Below, one piece after another: positions 13,020-25,360 of a DNA stretch of 64,000 nt. Position numbers and translations under genes: made by a program. This stretch comes from Octopus vulgaris (Eukaryota), in assembly GCA_951406725.2 (NCBI GenBank), contig OX597817.1, positions 85,684,001 to 85,748,000 of the forward strand, read 5' to 3'. Below the pieces are notes generated by a model. The model was not told where the DNA came from. It made no database searches and saw only the letters and a program-made list of their open reading frames with translations. The first letter of the stretch is position 1; each line of letters begins with the position of its first letter.

Positions 13020-13486
13020 CATATGTGTATACACATGCACACAAACAAACAAGCAAAATGAATGCAACTCTGATAACAGACAGAGTCAATGACTATTGAT
13101 AAGGTTGCAAGATGCAATGAAAATTTTAGAGAAAATAAATATAAGTAAATAAGTGTTAAAAAATAAGGCATTAAAAGAGAATGACTCTCCCCAGAAAAAT
13201 AAAGTATGCTTCAACACATGAATTCACATAAAGAATCTTACAGACCAGATAGAAAAACGAAATATTCTGAAATGGTTATTCAATTATTTTACAAAATTCA
13301 AATATATGCAGATGATTTGTTCTTATTAGTCATTCTGGACTCCTTCAGCATTCTCAATCTTTGGTAAACTGTTTGTCAAATTTCCCAATGTTATGTGGAA
13401 TACTCCACTTGAAACTAGATTATTTGTTTGTTTTTTGTTTTCTTTTTCTTTATTTTTTGGTGATCAGAAGTTTCCTAGCAGTGAAC

Positions 13487-13848
13487 ATGTCTTGTAAACA
13501 AATTGCACATGCAAGTGCTATCAGTCAAGAACTCCACATACCAGAAACCAGCAAGTGTATGGGATCATCAGGAGAGAATGCACGCCGTTTCGGGGCCTAC
13601 CTCTCGATGGCATCAATGTGCACCAGCCCCCCTCACTGATATGAGGCCCCACTTCCTAGATCAACTGGTTATTAAATAAAGCTCACTATTTCTCTAGCCA
13701 TTGCTCATCATCTCTTTTTAACCAAATCCAGTAGCTAGCCTTCTCCACTGTAGTTTGGTTATCGGTCATGGTGGTATTGACTTTACGATGAATTAGGCCT
13801 ATCAATAACAACAGTCATCTCACACTGTGTCCATCAAACCCTCTACAT
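13487..13848 (-). mobile_element. 3' end fragment of a HERO-like RLE non-LTR retrotransposon
   Basis: Clearly homologous to 16593-16940, including the end of the ORF (RGF...VEKASxWI) and the 3' UTR. Confidence 0.75.
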
Positions 13849-15212
13849 ATGTATGTGTGTCTTAGTGTTTGTTAGCAGTCATGTAGCTCTTCTACAGCAA
13901 GAAACCTGTTCTGTTCTGGCCTCCCATACTTTTAGCCCTCATAGTTTGCAGTCTTAGAAGTTGTTTGGTGGCTTCACTGGTGTTGGCATTACAATAAAAG
14001 GGCCCAGTTTATGTGGTGTACATAACAGATGCATATACATAGTAACACAAACCCATATACATAGACACGCTCAAACTTGTACACACAAAGAGACAGAGGT
14101 ACACACACACACATACACACACACACACACACACACATACATACACAAACACACAAACATGAACACACAAACACATGAATATGCAGAATACATACATACA
14201 AACGTACACACACACGCATATATATACATCCACACACATACATGCACACACACACACACATACATGTATACTGATGTACATATATATATATATATGTACA
14301 TATATGAAGGCTTATATTGTTAAGGTGCATGGCTTAATGGTTAGAGTGTTGCACTCACAATTGTGAGATCATGGGTTCAGTTCCCAGACCGAGCATCGCA
14401 TTGTGTTCTTGAGCAAAGCACTTCATTTCACATTGCTCTGCAATCATTTCATCATCTGACTTGTGGCACATAGTGTACATGTACAGGTAATGTTGATTTG
14501 ACGGAGTAAGTGTGTGGTTGTTTGGCAAGAAATTGCAAACCCTCATATGTTGTCTAACAATAGGAGAATCCATTGTGATATATATGAAACAAGTAAGAGA
14601 TAAAAGATGTGTGTGTGGTGGGGTGGGGGTCCTGATATGGTAGAAAATTGGTGTATTTCCAATTCAGCAAGCAATACAAGCCCTTGGCTATATGAAAGTT
14701 CTAATTAGAGGGGATTATTGAAAGCCCACTGGTGCAGAAAATTCATTTACATCTCTAGTAAAAACAATGTGCTAAATTCATCTTCTTCAATAGATTATAC
14801 ATATATATACTTATACACACACAGACACACATGTATACTTATATTGATACATACATATGTGTGTGTATGTATAATATATATATATATACAGGTGTGGCTG
14901 TGAGGTACGAAGCTTGATTCTCAACCATATGATTCTAGATTCAGTACAATTGCATGGCACCTTGGGCAGATATCTTCTACTAAAGCCTCAGCCCAACCAA
15001 AGCCTTGTGAGCGAAGTTGGTAGACACAAACTGAAAGAATACCCGCACTCGTGTGAAACACATGCATGCACACCCACATATATATGCAATCATACACATG
15101 TACATATACATCTACATATATACATACCCATACACATGCACTCACACACGATGTACACATATACATATCCGCACACACACACACACACACACATGTGCAC
15201 ATACCCATATCT

Positions 15213-15415
15213 CTTTTTACTTGTTTCAGTCATTTGACTGCAGCCATGCTGGTGCACCGCCTTTAGTCGAGCAACTCGACCCCGGGACTTATTCTTTTTG
15301 TAAGCCCAGTATTTATTCTATCGGTCTCTTTTTGCCGAACCGCTAAGTAACGGGGACATAAACACACCAGCATCGGTTGTCAAGCAATGCTAGGGGGACA
15401 AACACAGACACACAA

Positions 15416-15448
<33 letters not shown>

Positions 15449-15620
15449 CATATATACGACGGGCTTCTTTCAGTTTCCGTCTACCAAATCCACTCACAAG
15501 GCTTTGGTCGGCCCGAGGCTATAGTAGAAGACACTTGCCCAAGGTGCCACGCAGTGGGACTGAACCCGGAACCATGTGGTTGGTAAACAAGCTACTTACC
15601 ACACAGCCATTCCTGCACCT
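15213..15620 (-). mobile_element. Young full-length CORE-type SINE
   Basis: CpG-rich, intact head and tail; the tail is nearly identical to the copy at 63853-64000. Confidence 0.8.
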
Positions 15621-15901
15621 ATATGCGCACAATTATATTCAAATACACGTCTAAATACACACATGCTATATATGCATTTGCTCACTCACACTCGCATGAA
15701 ACACATGCATGTACACCCACATATATATGCAACCATACACATGTACATATACATGTACATATATACATACCATGCACACGCACATGTATATATACCCATA
15801 CATGCACAGAAATGTTCATATACATGTCTATATATGCATATGCACAAGAAAAATGCGGGGTGAAAGGTAAAATACAGAAAAATATGTAAAAATAGATAAA
15901 G

Positions 15902-15953
<52 letters not shown>

Positions 15954-16089
15954 GTATGTATGTATATATGTAAAAATATGCAAAAAGTATGTAAAAATAT
16001 ATATATAAAAATATAGAGAGATAAAATTCTCGTACATGGATACAATATAAAAGGCAGGTTCCATCTGTGATCTTGGTGGGGGGGACCAA

Positions 16090-16420
16090 AAACAACAAAT
16101 ATTTAGCCATATGTGGACATGAACCAAAAAGTTCAGTTCTTGAATTTAGACATGTAGCAAGGTCTAAGCTGCTTTTCCAGTTGAGCCATCTTTCCATATC
16201 ACTTGGCTTACACTTGGCTAAGATCTTCCAATGGATGTTGTAACTGGCACCTTTATCTTTTAAGGACCATATATGACTGGATAATTTGGTCTTTTTTCTT
16301 TTATCCTAGTGCCCAAAACTCAAGGTGTGATTGTTGAACCTGGCCCTAACATATATATTTGGAATTTAACTACTTCCTCCACAACACCAACCTTATTATA
16401 TGATGCCTACTGGAGAATGT
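16090..16420 (-). mobile_element. Penelope-like GIY-YIG C-terminal fragment
   Basis: Minus-strand RARFNNHTLSF...TKLSSHIWSLKDKG...WKILAKCKPS and LNSRTELFGSCPH. Confidence 0.65.
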
Positions 16421-16592
16421 GACCTAAGCATTATTGTCAATTATGATCTGCATTAGGCAAGCCATATTTATAAAATCATAAAAAAGGCTGAAGGGTTTAA
16501 GTTCCACTCAGCCACTCATCAGTTATCTATTATGGTTATGGTATGTCCACATTTACAGTATGTACCTCAAGTCTGTAAAACTCCTCTTGCTG

Positions 16593-17230
16593 ATGTCTTG
16601 CAAACAACTTGCACATGCAAGTGCTACCAGTCAAAAGCTCCGTATACTGGAAGCCAGCAAGTGTATGGTGTCATCAGGAGAGAATGCGTGCCGTTTCGAG
16701 GCCTACCTCTCGACGGCATCAATGCGCACCGGCCTCCCTCACTGATATGAGGCCCCACTTGCTAGATCAGCTGGTTATAAAGTTAAACTCAATATCCTTC
16801 TAGCCATTTTTAAACAAATCCAGTGGCTAGCCTTCTCCACTGTAGATTGGATATCAGTCATGGTGGTATTGACTTTACGATCAGTTAGGCCTAGCAATAA
16901 CAACAGTCATCTCACGCTGTGTCCAAGAAACCCTCTACATCCGACTTCGATAGGATAATGTTCCGCTTTCCAGCCTGCATCTTCACATTCCTCGAGGAGG
17001 TTTACATAACAGTTCAATTTTTGAGCCTGAGCGGCGTCCATATTATCTTCATGAGGAACTGTTAGCTCGACTAACTTTCCTTTTTCACACCACGTCAAAG
17101 TATCTGGTTTTTTCGTAACTGGGATGGGAAAGAAAACCTGGCACCCAGGTAAATCTACAGTTACCTCCCAATATTGATGTATTTAGAGCTGTCTAGGAAT
17201 GTGCAACCAGACAAATATCCTCTACTGGTC
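16593..17230 (-). mobile_element. 3' part of a HERO-like (R2-group, RLE) non-LTR retrotransposon
   Basis: KPDTL...VELTVPHEDN...KLNCYVNL...GWKAEHYPIEVGCRGF, a PD-(D/E)xK-type restriction-like endonuclease signature, followed by a ~200-nt 3' UTR. The clade assignment rests on motif resemblance. Confidence 0.75.
16650..16718 (-). ncRNA. Putative rearranged (non-circularly permuted) hammerhead ribozyme in the LINE 3' UTR
   Basis: Minus strand reads TGCCGTC|GAGAGG-TAGGCCTC-GAAACGGCA-CGCAT-TCTCTC-CTGATGA. A 6-bp stem III and a 6-bp stem I abut the core nucleotides exactly; stem II is unclear. Confidence 0.55.
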
Positions 17231-17324
17231 TTTCTTTACTTGATTTATCGCTGCATTTTGTCCCTTTTTTCAACGCTTTTTTGACAAGTTAGAGTGCATC
17301 TTAGCACTGCATATTACAATTTTT

Positions 17325-18150
17325 TTATCTTTTAGTTGTTTCAGTTGTTGACTGTATCCATGCTGGAGCTCCATCTCAAAAGGATTTTTGTTGAAATTGA
17401 CACCAATACCTGGTACTTATTCTGTCAGACCCTATTGCAGTACCACTCAATTATAGGAACATAAATAAACAAACACCAGTTGTCAAGCAGTGGTGAGAAG
17501 ACAAACAGATACAAAGGCACACACACATACACACCCTCAGATATATATTATATATATATATAGCTTCTTATTTCTCTATTGCCCACAAGGGGCTAAACAT
17601 AGAGGGGACAAACAAGGACAGACAAACGGATTAAGTCGATTACATCAACCCCAGTGCATAACTGGTACTTAATTTATCGACCCCAAAAGGATGAAAGGCA
17701 AAGTTGACCTCGGTGAAATTTGAACTCAGGACATAGCAACAAATGAAATACCTATTTCTTTACTACCCACAAGGGGCTAAACACAGAGAGGACAAACAAG
17801 GACAGACAAATGGATTAAGTCGATTATATCAACCCCAGTGCATAACTGGTACTTATTTAATCGACCCTGAAAGGATGAAAGGCAAAGTCGACCTTGGCAG
17901 AATTTGAACTCAGAACGTAGCGGCAGACAAAATACTGCTAAGTATTTCACCCGGCATGCTAACGTTTCTGCCAGCTCACTGCCTTATATATATATATAGC
18001 TTCTGCCTGTCAGCCAGATTTACTCTCAAGGCATTAATCAACCCAAGGATATAGTAGAAGACACTTGCAAAAGTGCTGCACAGTGAGACTGAATGTCAGA
18101 ACCATATGGTTGCAATGCAAGTTTCATAACCACACAGTCATGCCTGTGCC
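17325..18150 (-). mobile_element. CORE-type SINE interrupted in its TA tract by two tandem Meta-type SINE units (~17565-17985)
   Basis: SINE tail at 17325-17520 and head at 17997-18150; between them two reverse-oriented cccacaaggggctaaaca...gaaaggcaaagt units. Confidence 0.7.
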
Positions 18151-18182
18151 TATATATATAAGCTCTTTATTATTCATTGTAT

Positions 18183-18548
18183 AAGGCAGTGAGCTGGCAG
18201 AATCATTAGCATGTTGAAGAAAATACTTAGTGGCATTTCTTTCAGCTTTATGTTCTGAGTTTAAATTCTACTGAGGTAGACTTTGCCTTTAATCGTTTTA
18301 GGGACAGTAAAATAAGTACTAGTTGGGCACTTGGGTTGATGTAATTAGCTATCCCCCACCTCTCAAAAACTGCTGGCCCTCTGCCAAAATTTGAAACTGT
18401 ATCAACTCCAAAAGATGAAAGGCAAAGTTGACTTCGGTTCAAATACCACTGAGGCCGACTTTGCCTTTCATCCTTTCAGTGCTGGGTTCAGTGTAAATGA
18501 CTAGTCTCCTCCACTAAAATTTCAGGTCTTGTGCCTATAGTACAATGG

Positions 18549-18590
<42 letters not shown>
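18183..18590 (+). mobile_element. Meta-type SINE cluster ending in (ATT)n
   Basis: Family head aaggcagtgagctggcagaa and central gactttgcctttcatcc motif; includes a short inverted piece at ~18405-18480. Confidence 0.65.
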
Positions 18591-18774
18591 GCACCACCTG
18601 TAGCATTTCTAGAAGGTGAATGTGTGTGGGCTCCATTTGTGAGACATGCCTTTCCACAGCTCATCTCTTTGATGGAGCTGCAGTCCTGGGTAAAGGATAG
18701 GCTGAGTGTGGGCACCTGACACTTAGTATGTCATCAGATGCTCATTGCAATAAGATCAGTGGATGTTCCACTTC

Positions 18775-18990
18775 AGATATTTACAGAGGATTAGCAAATC
18801 ACCTGATCGAGAAAATATGAGAGTAATGGCACAAAGCAGTGTTTATGTATAATCACAATTTAGGTTAGTTAAAATATGTTTGTCACAATTCAACTTACCT
18901 AAATTGTGATTATACGTAAACACTGCTTTGCATCATTACTCCGATATTTTTCTCAATTGGGTGATCTACTAGCATAAATCTGTCAATGTC
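18775..18990. repeat. Inverted repeat (~95-bp arms)
   Basis: caaagcagtgtttatgtataatcacaatttaggt / acctaaattgtgattatacgtaaacactgctttg. Confidence 0.8.
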
Positions 18991-19206
18991 TTGGCTGAAT
19001 TATATATAAAGCTATAAGCTTTATTTAGTTCGTTAGGTACATCAACAAGAGTCAATAAACTCAAAACATCAATGTCTGAGATTTCCAAGAGATGGCGACA
19101 CTGAACGAATTGGATATTTTCACACCTTTTTACTATAAGAGAGTGTATTTGCCTTTAGCAGCTGAAATATATGACAAACATATTTCAAGTAACCTAAATT
19201 GTGAAT

Positions 19207-19372
19207 ATATATACTGTTGTGTCTGGGGAGAGTCATTTTCTTTTTGTGCCTTATCATGTAACACACTCACCGGTAAAATTTCCATTTATTTCTTATTTTT
19301 ATTTTACCGGTGAGTGTGTTACATTATAAGGCACAAAAAGAAAATGACTCTCCCCAGATACAACAGAATATA
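19207..19372. repeat. Inverted repeat (~72-bp arms, ~21-bp spacer)
   Basis: tctggggagagtcattttctttttgtgcctta...accggtaaaat / attttaccggt...taaggcacaaaaagaaaatgactctccccaga; a related single copy lies at ~13165-13250. Confidence 0.85.
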
Positions 19373-20066
19373 CTTCAACACACAAACTCATATAAAGAAT
19401 CTTGCAAACCAAATCCCAAAACGAAATATATATATACATGTGTGAAGGCACGTGGCTCTGTGGTATCTGGCTCACAGTATAAGTTTGATTCCTGACAGTT
19501 CATTGTGTCCTTGAGCAAAACACTTTATTTCATGTTGTTCCAGTCTACTCAGCTGGTGAAAATGAGTTGTACCTATAATTCAAAGGGCTATTCTTGTCAC
19601 ATTCTGTCATGCTGAATCTCCCTAAGTGCTACATTTTTGGTATGCATGTGCATGGAGTACTCTGCCACTTGCACATTAATTTTACAAGCAGGCTATTCCA
19701 TTGATTGGATCAATTGCAACTCTCATTACCATAGTGCTAGTTTATACATGTGTATGTATGTATGTATGTATGCATGTATGTATGTATATATATGATGGGT
19801 ACCTTCTATTTTCCCTCTACCAAATCCACAAAACCAATCACAAGGCTTTGTATATCAGTCTGGGATTCAGAGAGCCAGGGAGTCCTCTCTAAAAGAAAAA
19901 CAAAACCTTATCTTTCCTTTGAATTATAAAAGACTCTAGGTCCAGAGACCTGAAAATCAATTGTGTGGAAACCAAAACAAGTGTCTTGGTTTCCACACAA
20001 TTGATTATGTTCTTTGCCCAATATAAATTATCATAAATTATGAAGATACACACATGTGCACACTCA

Positions 20067-20116
<50 letters not shown>

Positions 20117-20576
20117 AAGCTTCTGTACAGTTTCCATCTACAGAATTCCCTTCACAATGTATGGGTCAAATGCCTTGCAATGGGATTGGACCCGGAAGGA
20201 TGTGGTTGCAAAATAAACCCCTTCACCATATAACCATGCCTATACCATGCTCACTCTGTTTGCCTAATTGTGTATTAGTGTAATGGAACCAACTAGAGAA
20301 GTGACCCAACAAAATATTATCCCTCCCATCCGTGGGAAATGTACACTGTATCAACTCACAAATAGATAATTCATTCATGCAATGGTCTTTTGAATATTTG
20401 GTGTATTTTGCAAAGGTTGCTTGATACATGCACACAGAAATGTCTATGTTTATACATATGTACATAAATTTAAATATGTATGTATTTATTTATATATGTA
20501 CATATATATATATATGTATGTATGTATGTATTAGCATATACATACATATATGTACATATACATACATATGTGTGTA

Positions 20577-20610
<34 letters not shown>

Positions 20611-20816
20611 CTCTTTTACTTGTTTCAGTCATTTGACTGTGGCCATGCTGGAGCACCGCCTTTAGGCAACCCCAGGACTTATTCTTTGTAAGCCTAGTAC
20701 TTATTCTATCAGTCTCTTTTGCCAAACCACTAGCTTACAGGGATGTAAACACACCAGCATCAGTTGTCAAGCGATGTTGGGAGGACAAACACAGACACAC
20801 AAACATATACATACAC

Positions 20817-20849
<33 letters not shown>

Positions 20850-20986
20850 ATTAATTAATAAGGGTGAGAGAATTAGATACTAATTTAATAGTATATCTAT
20901 TCAACACCAAGTGGCCTAGTGCTGGTTGAAACCTTTTGGATTAACTGGTGCTAGAGTGAGCCATATAGTGACCACTCTCTTATATT

Positions 20987-21077
<91 letters not shown>

Positions 21078-21243
21078 TACGACAGGCTTCTTTCAGTTTC
21101 TGTCTACCAAATCCACTTACAAGGCTTTGGTCGGCCCGAGACTATAGTAGAAGACACTTGCCCAAGGTGCCACACAGTGGGACTGAATCCGGAACCATGT
21201 GGTTGGTAAGCAAGCTACTTACCACACAGCCACTCCTACGCCT
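20611..21243 (-). mobile_element. CORE-type SINE with a ~140-bp insert (20850-20990) in its TA tract
   Basis: Tail at 20611-20810 and head at 21078-21243 match the family. Confidence 0.75.
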
Positions 21244-21244
21244 C

Positions 21245-21282
<38 letters not shown>

Positions 21283-22022
21283 TGAGTACATTCATGACAG
21301 GGTGAGGAAGTATGAGAAAGGCTCACATGACAGAGCACTCATAGCCAATCGCACCCATACACATATACGTACATACATACATATACACATAGGCATGTGT
21401 GTGTGTATTGTCATCATCATTTAGCATCCTTTTTCCATGCATGCTTAAGTGCCCATACAAGTCAATGTGCCAACAGTGCAGTGAAATGAGAACTTTAACT
21501 CTTGTGAGGTTTCGTGGTGGGTGTTATAATTTGTAATGTGAAACCAAAGTCACTGCTTGAACATTTCTTTCACACTTTTACCTTCATCATATCAACATCA
21601 AACACTAAATCATTGACAGTGCAACCAAATGAAACGATCTCTTTAATTCATTTAAGGCATGTTATAGTTTTCAATACTATGTAGTACTTACTCAGAAAAC
21701 TCATGTTGTTATTTGTTTGTTTTTCTTTCTCTGTTTCAATTGAGAAAAATCTAGAACACTTGCTGAGAGGAAACCTGGCTTTAGTATTTTGTAATATGTT
21801 TTAATTTATATATCAAGCATTAATTGAGTATTCATGAAACTGATCAAATGTACCCACATTTACTGTTTCTAGGTTATTTTTAATATTGTTTGTACATTCT
21901 TGCAACACTGATACTTCTTATTTCTTCATCTGTTTTCATATTTAAATCATTAGGAAATATTAATTCACACATAAATCTGCCATTTCACTACATTAATATT
22001 ATCATTATTATTACTACTACAC

Positions 22023-22053
<31 letters not shown>

Positions 22054-23052
22054 ACTTATTTTTATTCTTGTTGTTGTTGTTACTGGAGAAACAGCTGATA
22101 CGTTTATTGAAAGGAAATATCATAACAACTTGAAAACTATTTTTTGGTAAAGCAAACCCAAGATATGTGACTGAAAATCCATGGACATTTACATTTTAGA
22201 AGAGAAAAAAGCAAGTTCCATTTCCTTTCATCTCTGAAAAAGATCTCAGAAGCTGATTCTGCTGATGTGGAGAATAACATGTGGAATATTGGAAAAATGA
22301 CTACTAAAATCTTAGTCCAAATTTCACATGATAAGCCAAAATATTATGCACTTTGGCTCATCATATTATGCTGAGTCAACTGGATGAAGTAGACTTTCCT
22401 ATAATTCCATGACTAAAAACTGATATTATATTGATAATATAACATTGATATCATATTGTTTGATCATTTTAATGTCCATTTTTCCTTGCTAGCATGCATT
22501 ATATGAATACATATTATTGAAGTATAGTTTTATGGCCAAATGCCCTTTCTGTCATTAACCAAGCAAGAAAAAATTGTCTATCTACATTTCTTTCAAAGGA
22601 CAGATTGATCAGATGATTTGTTGACAGAAAAGTGGCAACAGAAAACACTGACTGTAACATATGTGATTACAAAATATGAACATTCTCACAATCACACATA
22701 CACACACAGCCTTGTGATCAGGATGTTGCACTCATAACTTCAAAATTGTGGTTTCAATTACCAGACAGCATGTGTTGTGTTCTTGAGCAAAACATTTCAT
22801 TTCACACTCAGCTGTAAATGGACAACCCTGTGATGGACTGGTGCTTCATTCAGGATTTGAACTTTGAATGTAGAGGGTGGTAACTAAATGCTATAATGCA
22901 TATATTCCAACACCCTTGTCTTTCTATTTACTCACTATTGATGTAACATCATTAAGAAGTTTTTATTGAATACTATGGAAGCAATTGTTCAGTGACATTA
23001 TATGCTATTAACATGTCCCCTTACCAGATCTTTGAATCATTTTTCTTTTTAA

Positions 23053-23486
23053 CCCTTTTGATATCAACCCACCAGAGACTACCCATAGTTTTATGATACA
23101 AATTCCCTTTTTTAAAGTTAATTAAATTAAAGGTTTCCATCAAAATTTCAAGTTAATTTGTGTTCCAAACACCAGCTTAACAACAACAGTAATTTCAACA
23201 AATTGTTCATTATTTTTGGAATTAATTAACCCTTTTGTTACTGTATTTATTTTGAAATGCTCTGTGTTTCTTTCAATTACTTTAAATATAACAAAGAATT
23301 TAGTAAAATAACTTAATTATCATTCAGCTAGTGTTAAGAACATAAATTGTGACTAAGGTTTGATGGAAGATTTTAATTCAAAACAAGACATTTGTACTCA
23401 GAGCCAGAGCTGGTTTCAGCCAGGTTGGTAATGAAAGGGTTAAAACAAAGGCAATATATTTCACCAGAAATATGATAACAAAATGG
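23053..23486. mobile_element. piggyBac-type MITE containing a nested inverted copy of the same family (23230-23439)
   Basis: Outer element TTAA|CCCTTTTG...CAAAATGG|TTAA; inner element TTAA|CCCTTTTGTTAC...GTAATGAAAGGG|TTAA. The reverse complement of the inner element aligns with the outer one. Confidence 0.75.
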
Positions 23487-23936
23487 TTAAACTTCTACAA
23501 TCTTCTAGGCAAAATGCAAATTTATTTACAAATGATTTCTTCCATCCTGCACTATACAGTTCAGTATATCTTTCTATCACAATACATAGAACATGTTATT
23601 CTTGCTACTGTCACCATTTTTTCTTGTAACTCTTGAACTTCAAACAATGTTGCAACATCAGCTTTACTTGCAAAACACAGGTCATTTATGGCAGCTGCTT
23701 ATTTCATGATTTTTCTCTATTTTTTATCTTTGCTACAAGAAAATACACAAGAAAGGATAATGAAAGTTTTATTGTTGCTAGTCTTTTAAATATTAATTAT
23801 TTAGGTAAACGAAATATCAAAAGTTATAAAACACAGAATTTAACTTCCACACAGTCATTTTCTGTAATTCCTTAAACAAAAGACTTTTTTGTTTGTTGCA
23901 TAAAACTAGTAAATGCATTAATAATTTCCTGAATAG

Positions 23937-24056
23937 AAAAATTATGGAACAGAAATCAATAGCAACATTGTCTCAGAAAAAGTTATGAGGATTTTGTCCA
24001 AGAGGAAGCAAAATGAGAAAGAACAGGAAGATGCTGGCTTCTCTTCTTTCTTATAA
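23937..24056 (+). CDS. Possible (alternative) terminal coding exon: KNYGTEINSNIVSEKVMRILSKRKQNEKEQEDAGFSSFL*
   Basis: Acceptor tttcctgaatAG; 39 open codons of protein-like composition in unique sequence; phase 0. No clear polyA signal. Confidence 0.3.
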   Translation, partial: KNYGTEINSNIVSEKVMRILSKRKQNEKEQEDAGFSSFL

Positions 24057-25039
24057 AAAGACATGACTTTGTTTCTACAGGCACAGGTATAGTTAGCTGT
24101 GTGCTTCAGAAGTTCACCTTCCAGTGACATAGTTTTGGGTTCAGTCCTATTGTGCAGCACTTTGAATAATTGCCTTCTACTACAGTTCCAGGTTGACCAA
24201 AACCTTGTGAGTGGATTAGGTAAACAGAAACTAAAAGAAGCCTATTGCATGTGTGTGTATGCAGATGTATTTATGCATGGGGGTGAGTGTGTGTACTTGT
24301 GCTTCTTTGTCTAGGTATAACATGATAGTTGTAAATGAGTGTCACCATCATACAAGCAGTGTTGTTCATTTTTAATCTTCCATGAAAACATGTCTGACCA
24401 TGGGGAAATATAGACCTTACTTTGAAACAGATAAAGGTTGGTGACAGAGAAAAACATCCAACCATAGAAAATCTAGTTCAAAGATCTCCACCTGACCATG
24501 GAATGATAATGATGATAAAGATTTGCATGTTCTAACCTGCTTGTGGTGAATATTAACACTGATTAGTTTGTAAATACTCATCAAATATTTCCAGTTTTCA
24601 TTCCTCATTCATCTTTCCTTTCATTCATTCGTTTTTACATGCTGGCATGGGTTAGGTGATTATATCATCAAGGCACTGTTTTACAGTATGCACTTCCTGA
24701 TGCTAGTACTTACCTATTCTTCCAGCAATGCCCCAGAATGGCTGCAATATAATGAATGAAACATTCATTATCATCAACATCATTATCATCACTTAACATC
24801 AACTTATCTATGTTTGCATGGATCAGACACAATTTGTTGAAATGGATCTTCTACACCTAAAAGCTCTTCCAGTTGCCAAATCTCATCTGTTTCCAAACAA
24901 TATAATATTTCACCATGAAGGCAAGAAACAAACATCATTTGTATGATGGCGAGGCTAATTTACAACCATCACATGGTGTCAAAACAAGAATACACACACA
25001 CAAACACACATATACATATATACATACATGTGTGTGTGT

Positions 25040-25328
25040 GCCGGTGGCACATAAAAAGCACCCACTACACTCACATGCCAGTGGCATGTAAAAAGCATCA
25101 ACTGATCATGGCCATTGCCAGCCTCCCCTGGCAACTGTGCCAGTGACATGTAAAAAGCACCCACTACACTCGTGGAGTGGTTGGCGTTAGGAAGGGCATC
25201 CAGCTGTAGAAACACCAAATCAGACTGGAGCCTGGTGCAGCCTCCTGGCTTCCCAGACCCCAGTTGAACTGTCCAACCCATGCTAGCATGGAAAACGGAC
25301 GTTAAATGATGATGATGATGATGATGAT
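25040..25328 (+). mobile_element. RTE-type LINE/SINE 3' tail ending in (GAT)n
   Basis: ggttggcgttaggaagggcatccagc...gtccaacccatgctagcatggaaaacggacgttaaatgatgatg; related pieces at 38200-38490 (-), 58035-58300 (-) and 60621-60681 (+). Confidence 0.65.
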
Positions 25329-25360
25329 ATATGTATATATATATATAGAGAGAGAGAGAG

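Noticed and set aside
15560-15620. tRNA-like A/B boxes
   Set aside because: These are SINE heads without a full cloverleaf; no true tRNA genes were seen.
12484-16045. Many overlapping ORFs rich in YI/CV/HT/MY
   Set aside because: They are translations of (TA)n, (CA)n and (CATA)n microsatellites; the same applies at 20.4-21.4, 36.7-37.0, 38.5-39.4, 40.6-40.9, 50.0-50.6 and 56.4-56.7 kb.
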